From positions 1 to 46,280 of IMG/VR virus record IMGVR_UViG_3300037761_000203: 46,280 nucleotides of DNA; one strand, given 5' to 3'. This DNA is from a virus (Duplodnaviria; Caudoviricetes). Both the position numbers and the translations under genes were made by a program. The notes under the pieces were generated by a model that saw only the letters and a program-made list of their open reading frames with translations, was not told where the DNA came from and searched no databases. Positions 26,053 through 36,291 of this stretch are shown one piece after another (position 1 is the stretch's first letter; each line of letters begins with the position of its first letter).

Positions 26053-26856
26053 TCAGATGCTTGCCAGCGCCGGCAGCCGGCCGACCGCCGCCGCCAGCCG
26101 GGGCGACGCGACCCGCACATACCCGAGCGTGGTCGAGATCGACGCGTGGCCCATCAGCTCCCGCACCTCCTCCAACCCGGCGCCGGAGGCCACCAAGCTG
26201 GTGCCGTACCAGTGCCGGAGTTGGTGCGCGGTCACGTCCACGCCCAGGGCGAGGTAGGCGCGGCGGAGCTCGGCCGAGACTTGGTCACGCCACGGGTCCC
26301 GCCCCGGCGCCACCGGCCCCGGTGGCAGGCCCTCGACCGCAGCCCAGATCAGCGGGTGGGTGGGCACCCGGCGGATTTTGTCGCCCTTGCCGTGTAGCTC
26401 GAGCCGCTCGAGCGTGACGTGCTCGAGCTGGAGCCGGGTGATCTCGATACACCGCGCGCCGGCGTACGCGGCCAGCAGCGACCACAGCCGGTACGGCTCG
26501 GCCGCTCGAGCGAGGATCGTGGCGAGCTCGGCGTCCGAGCACGGGTTGGGCAGGCCGGGGCGGACCCGGGGCCGGGGGACCAGCGCACCTTCGTCCCGGC
26601 TGATGTGCCCCACCGCCACCGACCACGAGGTGAGCCCGCGGATGGCCGCGTGGTAGGTGCGGCGGGTGGCCGCGCTGGCGTACCGGCCGAGCCAGGCGGT
26701 GATCTCGGCGGCGGTGGCGGTGGGCACCCCGGCGGGCAGCTCCCGGTGCGCGGCGCGCAACGCAGTCCCGTAGGTGCGGATCGTCTTCGGGGAACGGCCG
26801 ATGGTGGCGAGGTGTTCGAGGTAGTCCTCGAGGATGTCAAGGTCGGGGGTGCTCAT
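26053..26856 (-). CDS. int: Tyrosine integrase/recombinase (short, no arm-binding domain)
   Basis: AGAR..EI..L, HGKG.K.R.VP, HQLRH.YGT, LMGHASI.TT..Y; 267 aa. Confidence 0.95.
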   Translation of the reverse strand: MSTPDLDILEDYLEHLATIGRSPKTIRTYGTALRAAHRELPAGVPTATAAEITAWLGRYASAATRRTYHAAIRGLTSWSVAVGHISRDEGALVPRPRVRPGLPNPCSDAELATILARAAEPYRLWSLLAAYAGARCIEITRLQLEHVTLERLELHGKGDKIRRVPTHPLIWAAVEGLPPGPVAPGRDPWRDQVSAELRRAYLALGVDVTAHQLRHWYGTSLVASGAGLEEVRELMGHASISTTLGYVRVASPRLAAAVGRLPALASI

Positions 26857-26862
26857 GTCCGG

Positions 26863-27327
26863 TTATCGGGTGGTGGCACCGTGTGGTGCCGGGGCTGGCG
26901 GGTGGGAGAGTCGGGCCGGGCGGCTGATGCCGGCGGCCGGTTGCGCGGGTACGCGGCTCATGCTTCTGGGGGAGCCGGCGGCCCGCCCGGTTGGGCGGAT
27001 ATGGTGGCCGTTCGGCTGGTCGGGGGTGGCCTGCCCGGCAGCAATGGGATAGCTTGCCGGTAACCTGCGGCGGCGCGTCAGGACCCGCTCGGCCGTCTGG
27101 TCAGCCGATGGCAGCAGTTCGGCCACCTCGACGTCTAGCACCTCCGCGATCCGTTGGACCTCGTCCAGCGTGAGCGGCGTGAGCCCGCGCTTCTTCCTGC
27201 TGACCCACATCTCCGAGACGCCTAGCAGCTCAGCGAGCGCGGCGTTGCTGACCTGTTGTCGGCCCATCTCGGCGCGGATCTCGGCCGCCACCTGCTCGGC
27301 GAACGTCTGAGTTCTCCCGGTACTCAT
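26863..27327 (-). CDS. Immunity repressor (XRE HTH) with long low-complexity C-terminal tail
   Basis: HTH in the first ~75 aa; upstream of int and divergent from the Cro-like gene. Confidence 0.85.
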   Translation of the reverse strand: MSTGRTQTFAEQVAAEIRAEMGRQQVSNAALAELLGVSEMWVSRKKRGLTPLTLDEVQRIAEVLDVEVAELLPSADQTAERVLTRRRRLPASYPIAAGQATPDQPNGHHIRPTGRAAGSPRSMSRVPAQPAAGISRPARLSHPPAPAPHGATTR

Positions 27328-27455
27328 AGACAGAGTTTGTAACGCGCAGCGTTAACTCGTCAACTGTACGAACGGCACATGTAACATCAGCCGTTCGGTC
27401 ACTTCTCGGCGTGCCGCCTTGCGCATCCAACCTCTCGTGTTACATGCTCACACTC
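27328..27455. promoter_or_regulatory. Genetic switch: divergent leaderless promoters and three AAC-N7-GTT operators
   Basis: Operators at 27340-27354, 27382-27396 and 27428-27442; TTGACG-N18-CAAACT (minus) and TTGCGC-N18-CATGCT (plus), each 6-7 nt before an ATG. Confidence 0.7.
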
Positions 27456-27710
27456 ATGAGGCAGGATGCAACCTCCGATGTTGGCGCCGAGGTGGCCGCC
27501 AGCGTCCGAGCTGAGATGGCCCGTCAGGGCGTCCGCAACGCCAACCTCGCGGCCCGACTCGGGGTCTCCGAGATGTGGGTCAGCCGCCGCGTTCGGATGA
27601 ACCCGCCCGCCTCCATGACCATTGCCGAGCTGGAGCAGATCGCCGCCGCGCTTGACGTGCCGGTGACCCGGTTCCTGCCCGCGGCCGAGCAGGCGGGAGG
27701 TGGACGGTGA
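27456..27710 (+). CDS. Cro-like HTH regulator
   Basis: HTH paralogous to the repressor; first gene of the rightward early operon. Confidence 0.85.
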   Translation: MRQDATSDVGAEVAASVRAEMARQGVRNANLAARLGVSEMWVSRRVRMNPPASMTIAELEQIAAALDVPVTRFLPAAEQAGGGR

Positions 27711-27976
27711 TGGCTCACCCACCGGCGGAGGTCCGCCGCGCCTTCGAGCAGGAGGTCCGGTCCGAGCGGGACAACACCGTCCGGGCCATCCAGGAGGCCG
27801 CCGCACAGCTGGCCCAGATTCAGACGCGGCTGGCCAACGGCGGCCTGCCGCCGACCTCGGACCTGCGATATCTGGTCACGCAGGCCGTCGAGGCATACCG
27901 GCACGGTGCCGCCTGGGGGGCGCTGCGGCAAGTCGAGCCCATGCTGCCCGCCGAGCAGGCGGGCGGTGCGCGATGA
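27707..27976 (+). CDS. Hypothetical early protein
   Basis: Translationally coupled ORF. Confidence 0.6.
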   Translation: MMAHPPAEVRRAFEQEVRSERDNTVRAIQEAAAQLAQIQTRLANGGLPPTSDLRYLVTQAVEAYRHGAAWGALRQVEPMLPAEQAGGAR

Positions 27977-28293
27977 CGATGACAGCCCGTTGCATCTCCT
28001 GCAAGCAGCTCTGGGTCATGACCCCCGAGCAGATCCGCGACGCCCAGCAGTTTGGCGTCCCATGGTCTCCCTGCTGCAACACCATCGCGGTTGTCGATCG
28101 CGTGGAGGCCCGGTTCCCGACCACCACCGAGCCTGACCCCCAGCCGCTGACTGGCGCCACCGTCGCATGCCCCGAGTGCCGCGAGGACCTGGACAACCAC
28201 TACCCGTGCGGTGAGCCCGGCTGCGGCTGCTGGTGCGGGGACCCGGACACACCCGAGCACATGCTGCAGCCACCACGGGTGGTGGGGTCATGA
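27973..28293 (+). CDS. Cys-rich hypothetical protein
   Basis: ATGA coupling; several CxxC motifs. Confidence 0.6.
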   Translation: MTMTARCISCKQLWVMTPEQIRDAQQFGVPWSPCCNTIAVVDRVEARFPTTTEPDPQPLTGATVACPECREDLDNHYPCGEPGCGCWCGDPDTPEHMLQPPRVVGS

Positions 28294-31200
28294 TCCGTCA
28301 GGCGACCGCGCTCGCCGACATCACCTGGGACCTGATCATCTGGGGACACCGGGGCGGCCCCGCCACCGGACGCCACCCCACCTACGCCTGGCTGGTCAGC
28401 ATCCCCGCCGGCCGGCTGGCGCTGCTGTCCGTCCGCTTCGGCATCGAGTGCGTGTGCGCGGGGAACCTGGCGCTGCTGGCGATCCGGCTGCGCCGCGGTG
28501 AGTACGCGGCGGTGACCTCGTGAGCGCCCGTGACGCTGCCGTGGCCCTGATCGCCCGGAAGCTCGGCGACCCCACCGGCCGCTGCCCGGCATGCGGCCGG
28601 CTGCTCAGGCTGGTCCGCGGCGGGACGATGCTCCCCCGCCACCTGGCGCCGGCGCGGCGGAGCTGCCCACGGTCGGAAACCCCGGCGGTGACCCGGTGAG
28701 CCCTCACCGGGTGGACCCCAGCCGCGGCGGCAAGGACGACGACTACCGCCGGGGCTACCGACAGGGCCGCGCCGACACCCGCGCCCAGAAGGCCGCCGTC
28801 AGCCGCGCCGGCAAAAGGCGCCGCTCCGGCTGCGCGCTCGCACTGCTCATGCTGCCGTGGCTACTGCTGCGCCACCGCGCGCACGACCAGCCCGACCGGC
28901 ACGACCAGCACCCCGACCGGCTGGGCGGCCACGAACCCACCGGGTTCTCCGACCACCTGACACCGGCGGCCGAACTGCTGGCCCGGCTCAACCACCCCAC
29001 CGACACCACCACTGAGGAGAGTTGACATGGCCAAGTTTGAGATCGGCGACAAGGTGCGGATGCCCGGCGTCCCCATCGTCGTCGAGGTGCTGGAAATCGG
29101 CACCTGCGAGCAAGGCGACGCGTGCGAGTTCGGACCAGAGACGTTTCGGTTCGCGGACCCGGTAACCGGCGAGGACGACTGGATGCACACCTCCGAGTTT
29201 GAGGCAGTCCGGTGAGCGACCCGGTCGCCATCCCCTACGCCGCCCTCACCGCAGCGCTCACCGACTGGCAGGTCGACCCCGGCGACGTGCTCGACCTGTC
29301 CCTCCGCGCCACCCCCGCCGGCGGCTGGCTGGAGGTTGTCCGCCGACGCCGCGACGCCGACGGGCATCCGCTCACCGCCGGCGGCGGGGTCGCCACCGTC
29401 ACCACCGTCATCGGCATCGACCCGGCCACCACCGGAGAGGAACCGGCGCCATGAGCACCGTCGCTGAGCGGGTCAACGCTGGCATCGCCTGGTTGGACGA
29501 GCACGAACCCGGCTGGCGGCAGCGGGTCGACCGCGACCGGCTCGACCAAGAAGACTGCACCCGGTGCGTCGGCGGCCAACTGGCCGGGTGGTACCACTAC
29601 TTCCTGCAGCGGCACGGCCTGAGCGACTACGCTGCGATCCGGCTGGGGTTCGACCTGGTGTACCCTCACGGGGATTTTGACCAGCTGACTGCCGCGTGGC
29701 GGGAGCTGATCGACACCCGCCGCGCCACCCCGGGCGGTGCGTCGTGAGCCGCCGGGACCCGACCCTGGGCCGGCACCTGCGCGGCCTGGCCCAACTCACC
29801 GTGTTGCTGGCCGTGGTCGCGGCGCTGGCACTGGTGCTGCTGCACGCGGCTGGGTGGTGAGCATGGCCATCACCGTCTCGGCCGCGCTCCAGCTGGGCGC
29901 CGTCGACGGCTGCCTATTCCTGGGCATCATGTCCCTGAAGCCAGACTCACCCACGACGGGCCAGTACGCGCCGCTCCCCCACGCCTGGGGGCCGATGTGC
30001 GACCGGTGCTGGCTGGAGCGGGGGGGCCTGGTCCCGGAGTCGTCAGGCCGCTGCCCCCACGGTGGTGCGTCGTGATCCGCCACCACCTGGCTGTCGCTGT
30101 CACCCACCCGGCCACCGCCCACACCGCCGCCGCCGTGGCAGTCGTCGCCGGTGCCGCCGCCGGGCTGTGGCTGGTCGTGGCCGCCGGGCCGCTGCCGCTG
30201 CTCGCCGCCCTGTGGGCGGTGGCCACCCTGCTCCCGAGACGCCACCCGCCAGCCGCGTTAGAGGCGGCTCGGGTGGTCCCCCAGGCTCCCGCGTTAGGTG
30301 GCGCGGTGGCAGCCGGGGTTGTGGCGCCCGCCCCTGGTAGGGGTGCGGGGGCGGGCGCCGCCCGGCCGGTGGTGGACTCCCACTTCCCCCGGGGGTCCGC
30401 CACCGGCCGGCACCGCACCGGCGGCACCCAGCTACCCGCCCGCCGCGGCCACGTGGTCTACGCGCCCGGCCGGGCGGCCGTGCGAGGTGCGGCATGAGCC
30501 GGGTCGCCGATCGGATCGGACGCTGGCTCGCCGCTGCCGGTTCTGTGTTTGACCTGTGGCCTGAGCCGCCATGCTGGCCGGTTCGACGGGATGGGTTCAA
30601 AGCAGACGCCGAAGCGATGACAGAGGACTGGCGGGCCATCGGGGGCGACCTACGCCGGGCTATCGACCATCTGACTCCCGCCCGGGTCACAGCCCAGCCC
30701 GGGCGGGTCGGTTCTCTGGTGGCGGCCGCTGCCGTAGCCGCTGACGGCCGCCACCAGACACACACCAGCCCCGCCCGGTTGGGGGCGGGGCCAGCGGACC
30801 ACCACCGAAAGGAGCTGCCATGAACAGCCAGCCCGAGCCTAGCAGCGAGCCGGTGGGCGGCCGCCACGGCGACCCCCGGCACGACAACGGCCAGTGGACA
30901 CCGGCCGACCTGCTCGCCCACCACCAGGAGTTCGCCGACGCCGTCGACGCCGCCCTCACCGCCCCCGACCTGAGCGACCTGGCGCGGCTGGTGCGCATCA
31001 CCACCGCCCACTCCCGGCTGGGCAGGGCCGTCCGATGAGCGGCCCCTTGCCACCGTCGACCGCGGAGTACTGGTCAACCCTCACCTGGCTTATAGACGAG
31101 CACCCGCCGGAGACAGCCAGCGTCACCCTCCACTTCCCGTCCGGCCGGCCCGAGCAGGTCGACGCCGCCGCCCGCGCCGCCGGCATCCCCGCCGGGCGCC

Positions 31201-32199
31201 GGACCGCCGGCCACGGGGTAGACGTCCATGCCGCCAAAGGCATGCTCGCCGGTGGGACGGTCGAGCTGACCCTCATGTGCGCCATGCCCGCCGAGACGCT
31301 GGGCCAGCGGATCGACCGGGCCACGGCCGAGCTGGCCGAGCTCACCCGGCAGGTCGCCGCCGCCAACGGAACGGAGGCCCACCATGGCTGAGCTGTACGT
31401 CAAGGTAGACGGCCAGATGGTCCCGCTGGTCGACTGCGACTGGGTGTTCTCCCGCACATGCGGCCACCCGTTCGGCCTGCTCGTAGCCCAGCTGCGCGGA
31501 TCCTCGCGCGACTCGTACGCCACCCAGGAGCAGGCGTGGCGGGAACTCTACCCGCGCTCACGCGACCGCCAGGCGGCCCAGCGGCGCGGGGTGACCGCCC
31601 GGCTGGCCGTCCACACCACGCTCGACGACGAGTTCTGGCAGCACATGAAGGAAGGCTGCCAGTGCGCGACCCGAGCCGACTCCAAGGAGACCGGCCATGG
31701 CTGAGTTTCTGGGCGCGACCGCCCGGGCCATCCGGACCGTGGCCCGCCGGGTGTTCATGAACGCGGGCCGGGCCGTGATCATCGACAGCCGTGGCGGGCT
31801 GACCCTACGCATCGTGCGACTCCCCGGCTGGTACTGGCGCCGGTGGCTGTGGATCGTCCGGCGCCCCGGCGGCTGGGAGATCGAGGGCCGGTCGTGGACC
31901 CGCCGGACCGCCACCATCCACGGCTCCACCTGCCGGGCGCTGATGCTCGCCGCCCGCAGCCCGGTCGCCACCCGACGCAGCCAGGACGACCTCGAAGGGT
32001 GGCGGTGATGGCTGAGCCGATCTACGCCAAGGCCGATGAGCAGCGCTGCGGCGAACCACACCCAGATGGTGGGACGCCGTGCCAGCGTCGCTCCTACCAC
32101 ACAGCACCTCACGCCCGGCGGGCGTGGGGCGGGTCCGACGTCTGGGCGCCGGAACCTCCAGACCTACGCCCAGGTCGCCCGCCAGATCGGGGGCAGTGA
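28290..32199 (+). other. Run of short coupled early hypothetical genes (28290-28523, 28520-28699, 28696-29025, 29027-29215, 29212-29454, 29451-29747, 29744-29860, 29857-30075, 30072-30497, 30494-30823, 30820-31038, 31035-31391, 31384-31704, 31697-32008, 32008-32199)
   Basis: Continuous chain of ATGA/GTGA overlaps and RBSs; no families recognised. Confidence 0.55.
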
Positions 32200-32612
32200 T
32201 GCGCCCGGCTGACCGGCACCCGCCCCACACCCTCGCCCCCGGCCCCGGCTGGGCAGACGAGGCCGCCTGCCGGGACGAGGACCCGGAGATCTTCTTCCCG
32301 GTCGCCCTTGACACCGGCGCCACCAGCAGCCACCCCGACGTGCTACCCGCCGTGTGGATCTGCCAGAAGTGCCCGGTCACCGCCGCCTGCCTCAAATGGG
32401 CGATGGACCACGGCGAACGGCACGGCGTCTGGGGTGCCCGCACCCCGTCCGAACGTGACGGCCGGCGGCTATCCATCTGCCACCAGTGCTCCGGCTGGTA
32501 CACCGCCAGAGATGTGAGAAGCCGATTCTGCTCGGTGGTCTGCCATCAGAGCGCCCGGCTGGCCGAAGCGCGGCGGCACAGGTTGGCCGCCGCAGAGAGG
32601 ACACCGTCATGA
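32199..32612 (+). CDS. whiB: WhiB-family transcription factor with extra C-terminal zinc finger
   Basis: W...AAC...DPE.FFP, C..CPV...CL..A, GVWG..T..ER; then CHQC...FCS..C. Confidence 0.92.
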   Translation: MRPADRHPPHTLAPGPGWADEAACRDEDPEIFFPVALDTGATSSHPDVLPAVWICQKCPVTAACLKWAMDHGERHGVWGARTPSERDGRRLSICHQCSGWYTARDVRSRFCSVVCHQSARLAEARRHRLAAAERTPS

Positions 32613-32845
32613 CGCGGGAGGAGTTCACGGAGCGGCTGACATCATTCGGCCTGATCTCGTGGGCCGGCGGCTTGGCGGTGGCCATACTGCTGTTGATCTT
32701 CGATGATCTGCTGCCCCCTTTCGCTGCCGGCATCGCCCTAGCAATCACGGCGGTGTACGCGAACCGCTGGCACGCAAGACGGCTGGTCCGACGGCTGGAC
32801 GCGCAACGGCCGGGCTGGCACCAACCAGAGAGGACACCGTCATGA
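32609..32845 (+). CDS. Two-TM membrane protein flanked by 20-bp direct repeats
   Basis: CAGAGAGGACACCGTCATGA at 32593 and 32826. Confidence 0.7.
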   Translation: MTREEFTERLTSFGLISWAGGLAVAILLLIFDDLLPPFAAGIALAITAVYANRWHARRLVRRLDAQRPGWHQPERTPS

Positions 32846-33225
32846 TCCGTAGCCTGTTCTTGGTTGTTATCGTCGCCGTCCTCGGCTGGCTGTGGTGGTG
32901 GTCCGGTGTGGTCGGCCGCCGCCGGCTCGACCTCGAGGACGCCGCGCTGCTCGCCCGCACCCAGGCCATGCCCGCTGCCGGCCGGGAAGGGCGCTGCCCA
33001 CGATGCAGCGCCTCACACTGCCGGCCGTGGCGGGAGACCGGCGCCGACTGCGGCGGGCAGCGTGCCCCCGCGCTCGGCTACACCATGTGGAGCCCGGCCC
33101 GTGGCGTGCACGAGCCGGTAGCGGTGCTGCGGCGCATCGTCCCCGGCGGGTGGCGCCCACCCCGGCCGCTGTGGTCCACCCTGGCCGAGCGGGTCGGCGG
33201 CTTCCCCGTGGGGGTTTTGCCGTGA
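32842..33225 (+). CDS. Membrane-anchored hypothetical protein
   Basis: N-terminal TM; CxxC motif. Confidence 0.5.
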   Translation: MIRSLFLVVIVAVLGWLWWWSGVVGRRRLDLEDAALLARTQAMPAAGREGRCPRCSASHCRPWRETGADCGGQRAPALGYTMWSPARGVHEPVAVLRRIVPGGWRPPRPLWSTLAERVGGFPVGVLP

Positions 33226-33662
33226 TGCGCGCTATACGGGTCATGGCCGCCGGGCTGGCCGCGGATGAGAAGTGGGCACGGCTGACCCCCGACGAGCGGC
33301 GCGCTGCCACCGAACCCGCCCGGAAGGCGGCCGAAGACCGATACCTGCTCCGCGCCCGGGAGCTGCACCCCGACGCCGACCCGGCCTTCCTCGCCAAAGT
33401 AGCCACCAGCCTGCGGAGCGCACACTACCGCCGGATGGCGCTCAACTCGGCCAAGTCACGCCAGAAGGCCACCAGGCGAACGTGGACGTGGGACCCGGCG
33501 GTCCCGTATCAAGCTCTACCGCCGGACCTGAGTCGGGGCCGCACTCCGTCGTGGCGGTTGTGCATGCACAAGTACGGCAGTCACAGCTGCAGCCGCCCGC
33601 TCTACCACACCGGCCGGCACGCCGCCGGCACCGGCGATCGCATCGTGGCGGTGTGGGCATGA
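33225..33662 (+). CDS. Hypothetical protein with C-terminal Cys/His finger
   Basis: WA...DR.AAT.PAR.A...HY.RMAL.SAKSR pattern; C...C.R..YH.G.H. Confidence 0.6.
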   Translation: MRAIRVMAAGLAADEKWARLTPDERRAATEPARKAAEDRYLLRARELHPDADPAFLAKVATSLRSAHYRRMALNSAKSRQKATRRTWTWDPAVPYQALPPDLSRGRTPSWRLCMHKYGSHSCSRPLYHTGRHAAGTGDRIVAVWA

Positions 33663-34456
33663 TCCGCCGAGTCGACAAGGGCCGAACCCACTGGTACGAG
33701 GAAACCGACACCGGGCAACGCATCCCCGGCGTCACCAAAGCCACCGACAACGGCATCCCCAAACCAGCGCTGATCAACTGGGCAGCCAGCGCCACCGCCG
33801 AATTCGCGGTCGACAACTGGGAACGGCTCTCTCAGCTGGCACCATCCGCCCGGCTGAAGGAGCTACAGGGCGCCCGGTGGGCGGTCAAAGACGCCGCCGC
33901 CAACAAGGGCACCATGGTGCACAAGCTCGCCGAGAAGCTGGTCATGGGCGAGCAGGTCGCCATCCCCGACGGGCTGGCCGGACACGTCAACTCGTACGTG
34001 CGGTTCCTCGACGAGTGGGACGTGCAGCCCGTGCTGGTCGAGGTCACCGTCTACAGCCCCACCCACGGCTACTGCGGCACCCTGGACCTGATCGCCGACC
34101 TGATCGACGCCGACGACCCCGGCCACCGGCTGCGATGGCTGCTCGACGTGAAGACCAACCGTGGTGGCATCTTCGGTGAGACCGCACTCCAGGAAGCCGG
34201 CTACCGCCACGCCGAGGTGTACGTCGACGACGACGGCAACGAGCACGACCTGCCCGAGGTCGACATGGTCGGCGCGGTGCACGTCCGGCCGGACGGGTAC
34301 AGCCTGGTCCCGCTGGAGGCCGGCCCGACCCAACACCGCCAGTTCCTCTACGCCATGCAGATCGCCCAGTTCGTGGAGCACTCCCGCGACCTGGTGGGCG
34401 AGCCGCTGGTGCCGCCGCACACCTCCACCTACCGGCTGATCCGGGAGGAGACATGA
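33659..34456 (+). CDS. PD-(D/E)XK exonuclease (RecE/Cas4-like)
   Basis: PGVT, KPAL..WA, GT.VH..AE, YCGTLDLI, D.KT, LQ..GY. Confidence 0.9.
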   Translation: MIRRVDKGRTHWYEETDTGQRIPGVTKATDNGIPKPALINWAASATAEFAVDNWERLSQLAPSARLKELQGARWAVKDAAANKGTMVHKLAEKLVMGEQVAIPDGLAGHVNSYVRFLDEWDVQPVLVEVTVYSPTHGYCGTLDLIADLIDADDPGHRLRWLLDVKTNRGGIFGETALQEAGYRHAEVYVDDDGNEHDLPEVDMVGAVHVRPDGYSLVPLEAGPTQHRQFLYAMQIAQFVEHSRDLVGEPLVPPHTSTYRLIREET

Positions 34457-35217
34457 GCACCGCCAACGTCGCCGTCGCACTGGCCAAGGTCCAGGCTGAA
34501 CTGCCCAAGCTGGAGCGGGACCGGACCGTCGAGGTCATCAAGAAAGACGGCGGCACCTATTCCTACAGCTACGTGACGCTGGCCAACCTCAGTGACGCCA
34601 TCCTGCCGCTGCTGGCGAAGCACGGCCTTGCGTTCACCGCCCTGCCCGGCGCCGGCACCGACGGCAAGATGTGCCTGCGCTACCACCTGCTCCACGAATC
34701 CGGCGAGACCCTGTCCGGCGAGTTCCCCATCTCCGGCGAAGGTGGAATCCAGATGATCGGAGGCCGGATCACCTACGCCCGCCGCTACTGCCTGGCCGCG
34801 CTGGTCGGCGTCGCCGCGGACGAGGACGACGAGTCCCGGCTAGACGAGCCCGGCCGCGCAACCGCCCAGCGGGCCGGTGCGCCACGCGCCACCACGCAGC
34901 GGCCCACCAAGGCGACCGGGCGGACCGCCCAGCGGGCCGCGCCGCCGCCACTGCCAAGCGACGGACCCACACCGATCACCGCCCCCCAGCGGGCAAAGCT
35001 GATGGCCGGGTTCGGGCAGATCGGCATCAGCGACCGGGCCGAGCGGCTGGACATTGCCACCAGGATCGTCGGCCGGTCCATCGGCTCGGCCAACGAGCTG
35101 ACCCTGGATGAGGCCCGGCGGGTGATCGACGCCCTGGAGAAGTCCATCGCGGAAGACAACCCGGCGTTGGCGCTGGCCGAGATCACCGCCGACGGGCCGG
35201 AGGTGACCGATGCCTGA
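34453..35217 (+). CDS. erf: ERF-family single-strand annealing protein
   Basis: AL.K.Q.E.P...Y.Y..L......P.L.KHGL, L.HESGE, G..ITYARRY.L.A..G.A.DEDD. Confidence 0.92.
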   Translation: MSTANVAVALAKVQAELPKLERDRTVEVIKKDGGTYSYSYVTLANLSDAILPLLAKHGLAFTALPGAGTDGKMCLRYHLLHESGETLSGEFPISGEGGIQMIGGRITYARRYCLAALVGVAADEDDESRLDEPGRATAQRAGAPRATTQRPTKATGRTAQRAAPPPLPSDGPTPITAPQRAKLMAGFGQIGISDRAERLDIATRIVGRSIGSANELTLDEARRVIDALEKSIAEDNPALALAEITADGPEVTDA

Positions 35218-35749
35218 CCTGCTCACCCGGACCGACCTGCTGCTCGACTTCGAGGTCCGCGGCACCCCCGCCCCCCAGGGCTCCAAGCACGCCCGGCCGA
35301 TCTACCGCGGCAAGGCCGACGCCCGCGAGTTCACCGGCAAGGTCGCGGTCGTCGAGTCCTCGAAGTCCCGGGTCAAGGAGTGGCGGCAAGACGTGGTCAC
35401 CGCCGCGGTCGCGGCCATGGCTTTCGACCGGGCACCTGGCACCTTCCCCGCCACGGGGCCGCTGGAGGTGGGCATGGTGTTCGTCGTGGCCCGCCCGGTG
35501 GGCCACTTCCGCACCGGCCGCCACACGTCCGGCACGGTCCGCGACAGCGCGCCCGCTTGGCCGGCCGTGGCTCCGGACCTGTCGAAGCTGGTCCGGGCCA
35601 CCGAGGACGCGCTCACCACCGCCGGAGTGTGGGGCGACGACAAGCAGGTGGTCGAGTACAGCCGGCTGCTCAAGTGTTACCCCGAGGCGGGCGCGCTCTA
35701 CGGGCTGACCGCGCCCGGCGCCCGGATCACCATCTGGAGGGCGCTATGA
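35210..35749 (+). CDS. rusA: RusA-family Holliday junction resolvase
   Basis: V.G.PAPQGSK, PDLSKL.RA.EDALT.AGVW.DD.QVV. Confidence 0.92.
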   Translation: MPDLLTRTDLLLDFEVRGTPAPQGSKHARPIYRGKADAREFTGKVAVVESSKSRVKEWRQDVVTAAVAAMAFDRAPGTFPATGPLEVGMVFVVARPVGHFRTGRHTSGTVRDSAPAWPAVAPDLSKLVRATEDALTTAGVWGDDKQVVEYSRLLKCYPEAGALYGLTAPGARITIWRAL

Positions 35750-35788
35750 CCACCGAGGGCGCGATCCAGTCCGTGAGAGAGGACGCCG

Positions 35789-36055
35789 ATGGCTGAGTAC
35801 GTCGAGGACTACGGGTCGGGCAAGCCGCTTTGCGTCGACTGCGCCACCGGAGCGTGCGCCGGGGACATCGCCTGGGAATGCGACGCCGAGCACTGCCAAT
35901 GCCCATGCCGCGACGACGACCGGGCGCGGGAGCTCGACGCCCGGCCGGCGGACAAGCTGGCCGCGGTCGCCGCCGAACTCGCGGCCGAACGCGACGGTGA
36001 CCCGCGGGACCTGACCGCCGAGCGGTTCGGCCCACCCCGGCCGGGTGCGGCATGA
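35789..36055 (+). CDS. Cys-rich hypothetical protein
   Basis: RBS; coupled ORF. Confidence 0.55.
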   Translation: MAEYVEDYGSGKPLCVDCATGACAGDIAWECDAEHCQCPCRDDDRARELDARPADKLAAVAAELAAERDGDPRDLTAERFGPPRPGAA

Positions 36056-36291
36056 GCGGGGTGTGGCTGGGCGCCAGCCGCGCGCTCGGCCGGCCCGTGC
36101 CCACCACCGAGCCCTACCCGCACATCTGCGGCAGCATCATCACCGGCTACGCCACCGGCCGGGCGGTCACCCTGTGGCGCAACGCCTGCGCGGCGTGCGC
36201 GTGGGAGCGGGGCGAGAAGCGGCAGCGGGTGGAGGTCACCTCGGAGATGTTGGAGTTGGAGCGGCGCAGGGTGGGGGAACGGGATGAGTGA
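36052..36291 (+). CDS. Hypothetical protein
   Basis: ATGA coupling. Confidence 0.55.
   Translation: MSGVWLGASRALGRPVPTTEPYPHICGSIITGYATGRAVTLWRNACAACAWERGEKRQRVEVTSEMLELERRRVGERDE

Noticed and set aside
28879-28922. Short tandem duplication GCACGACCAGC(AC)CCGACCGG
   Set aside because: Two copies in a low-complexity coding tail; likely slippage.
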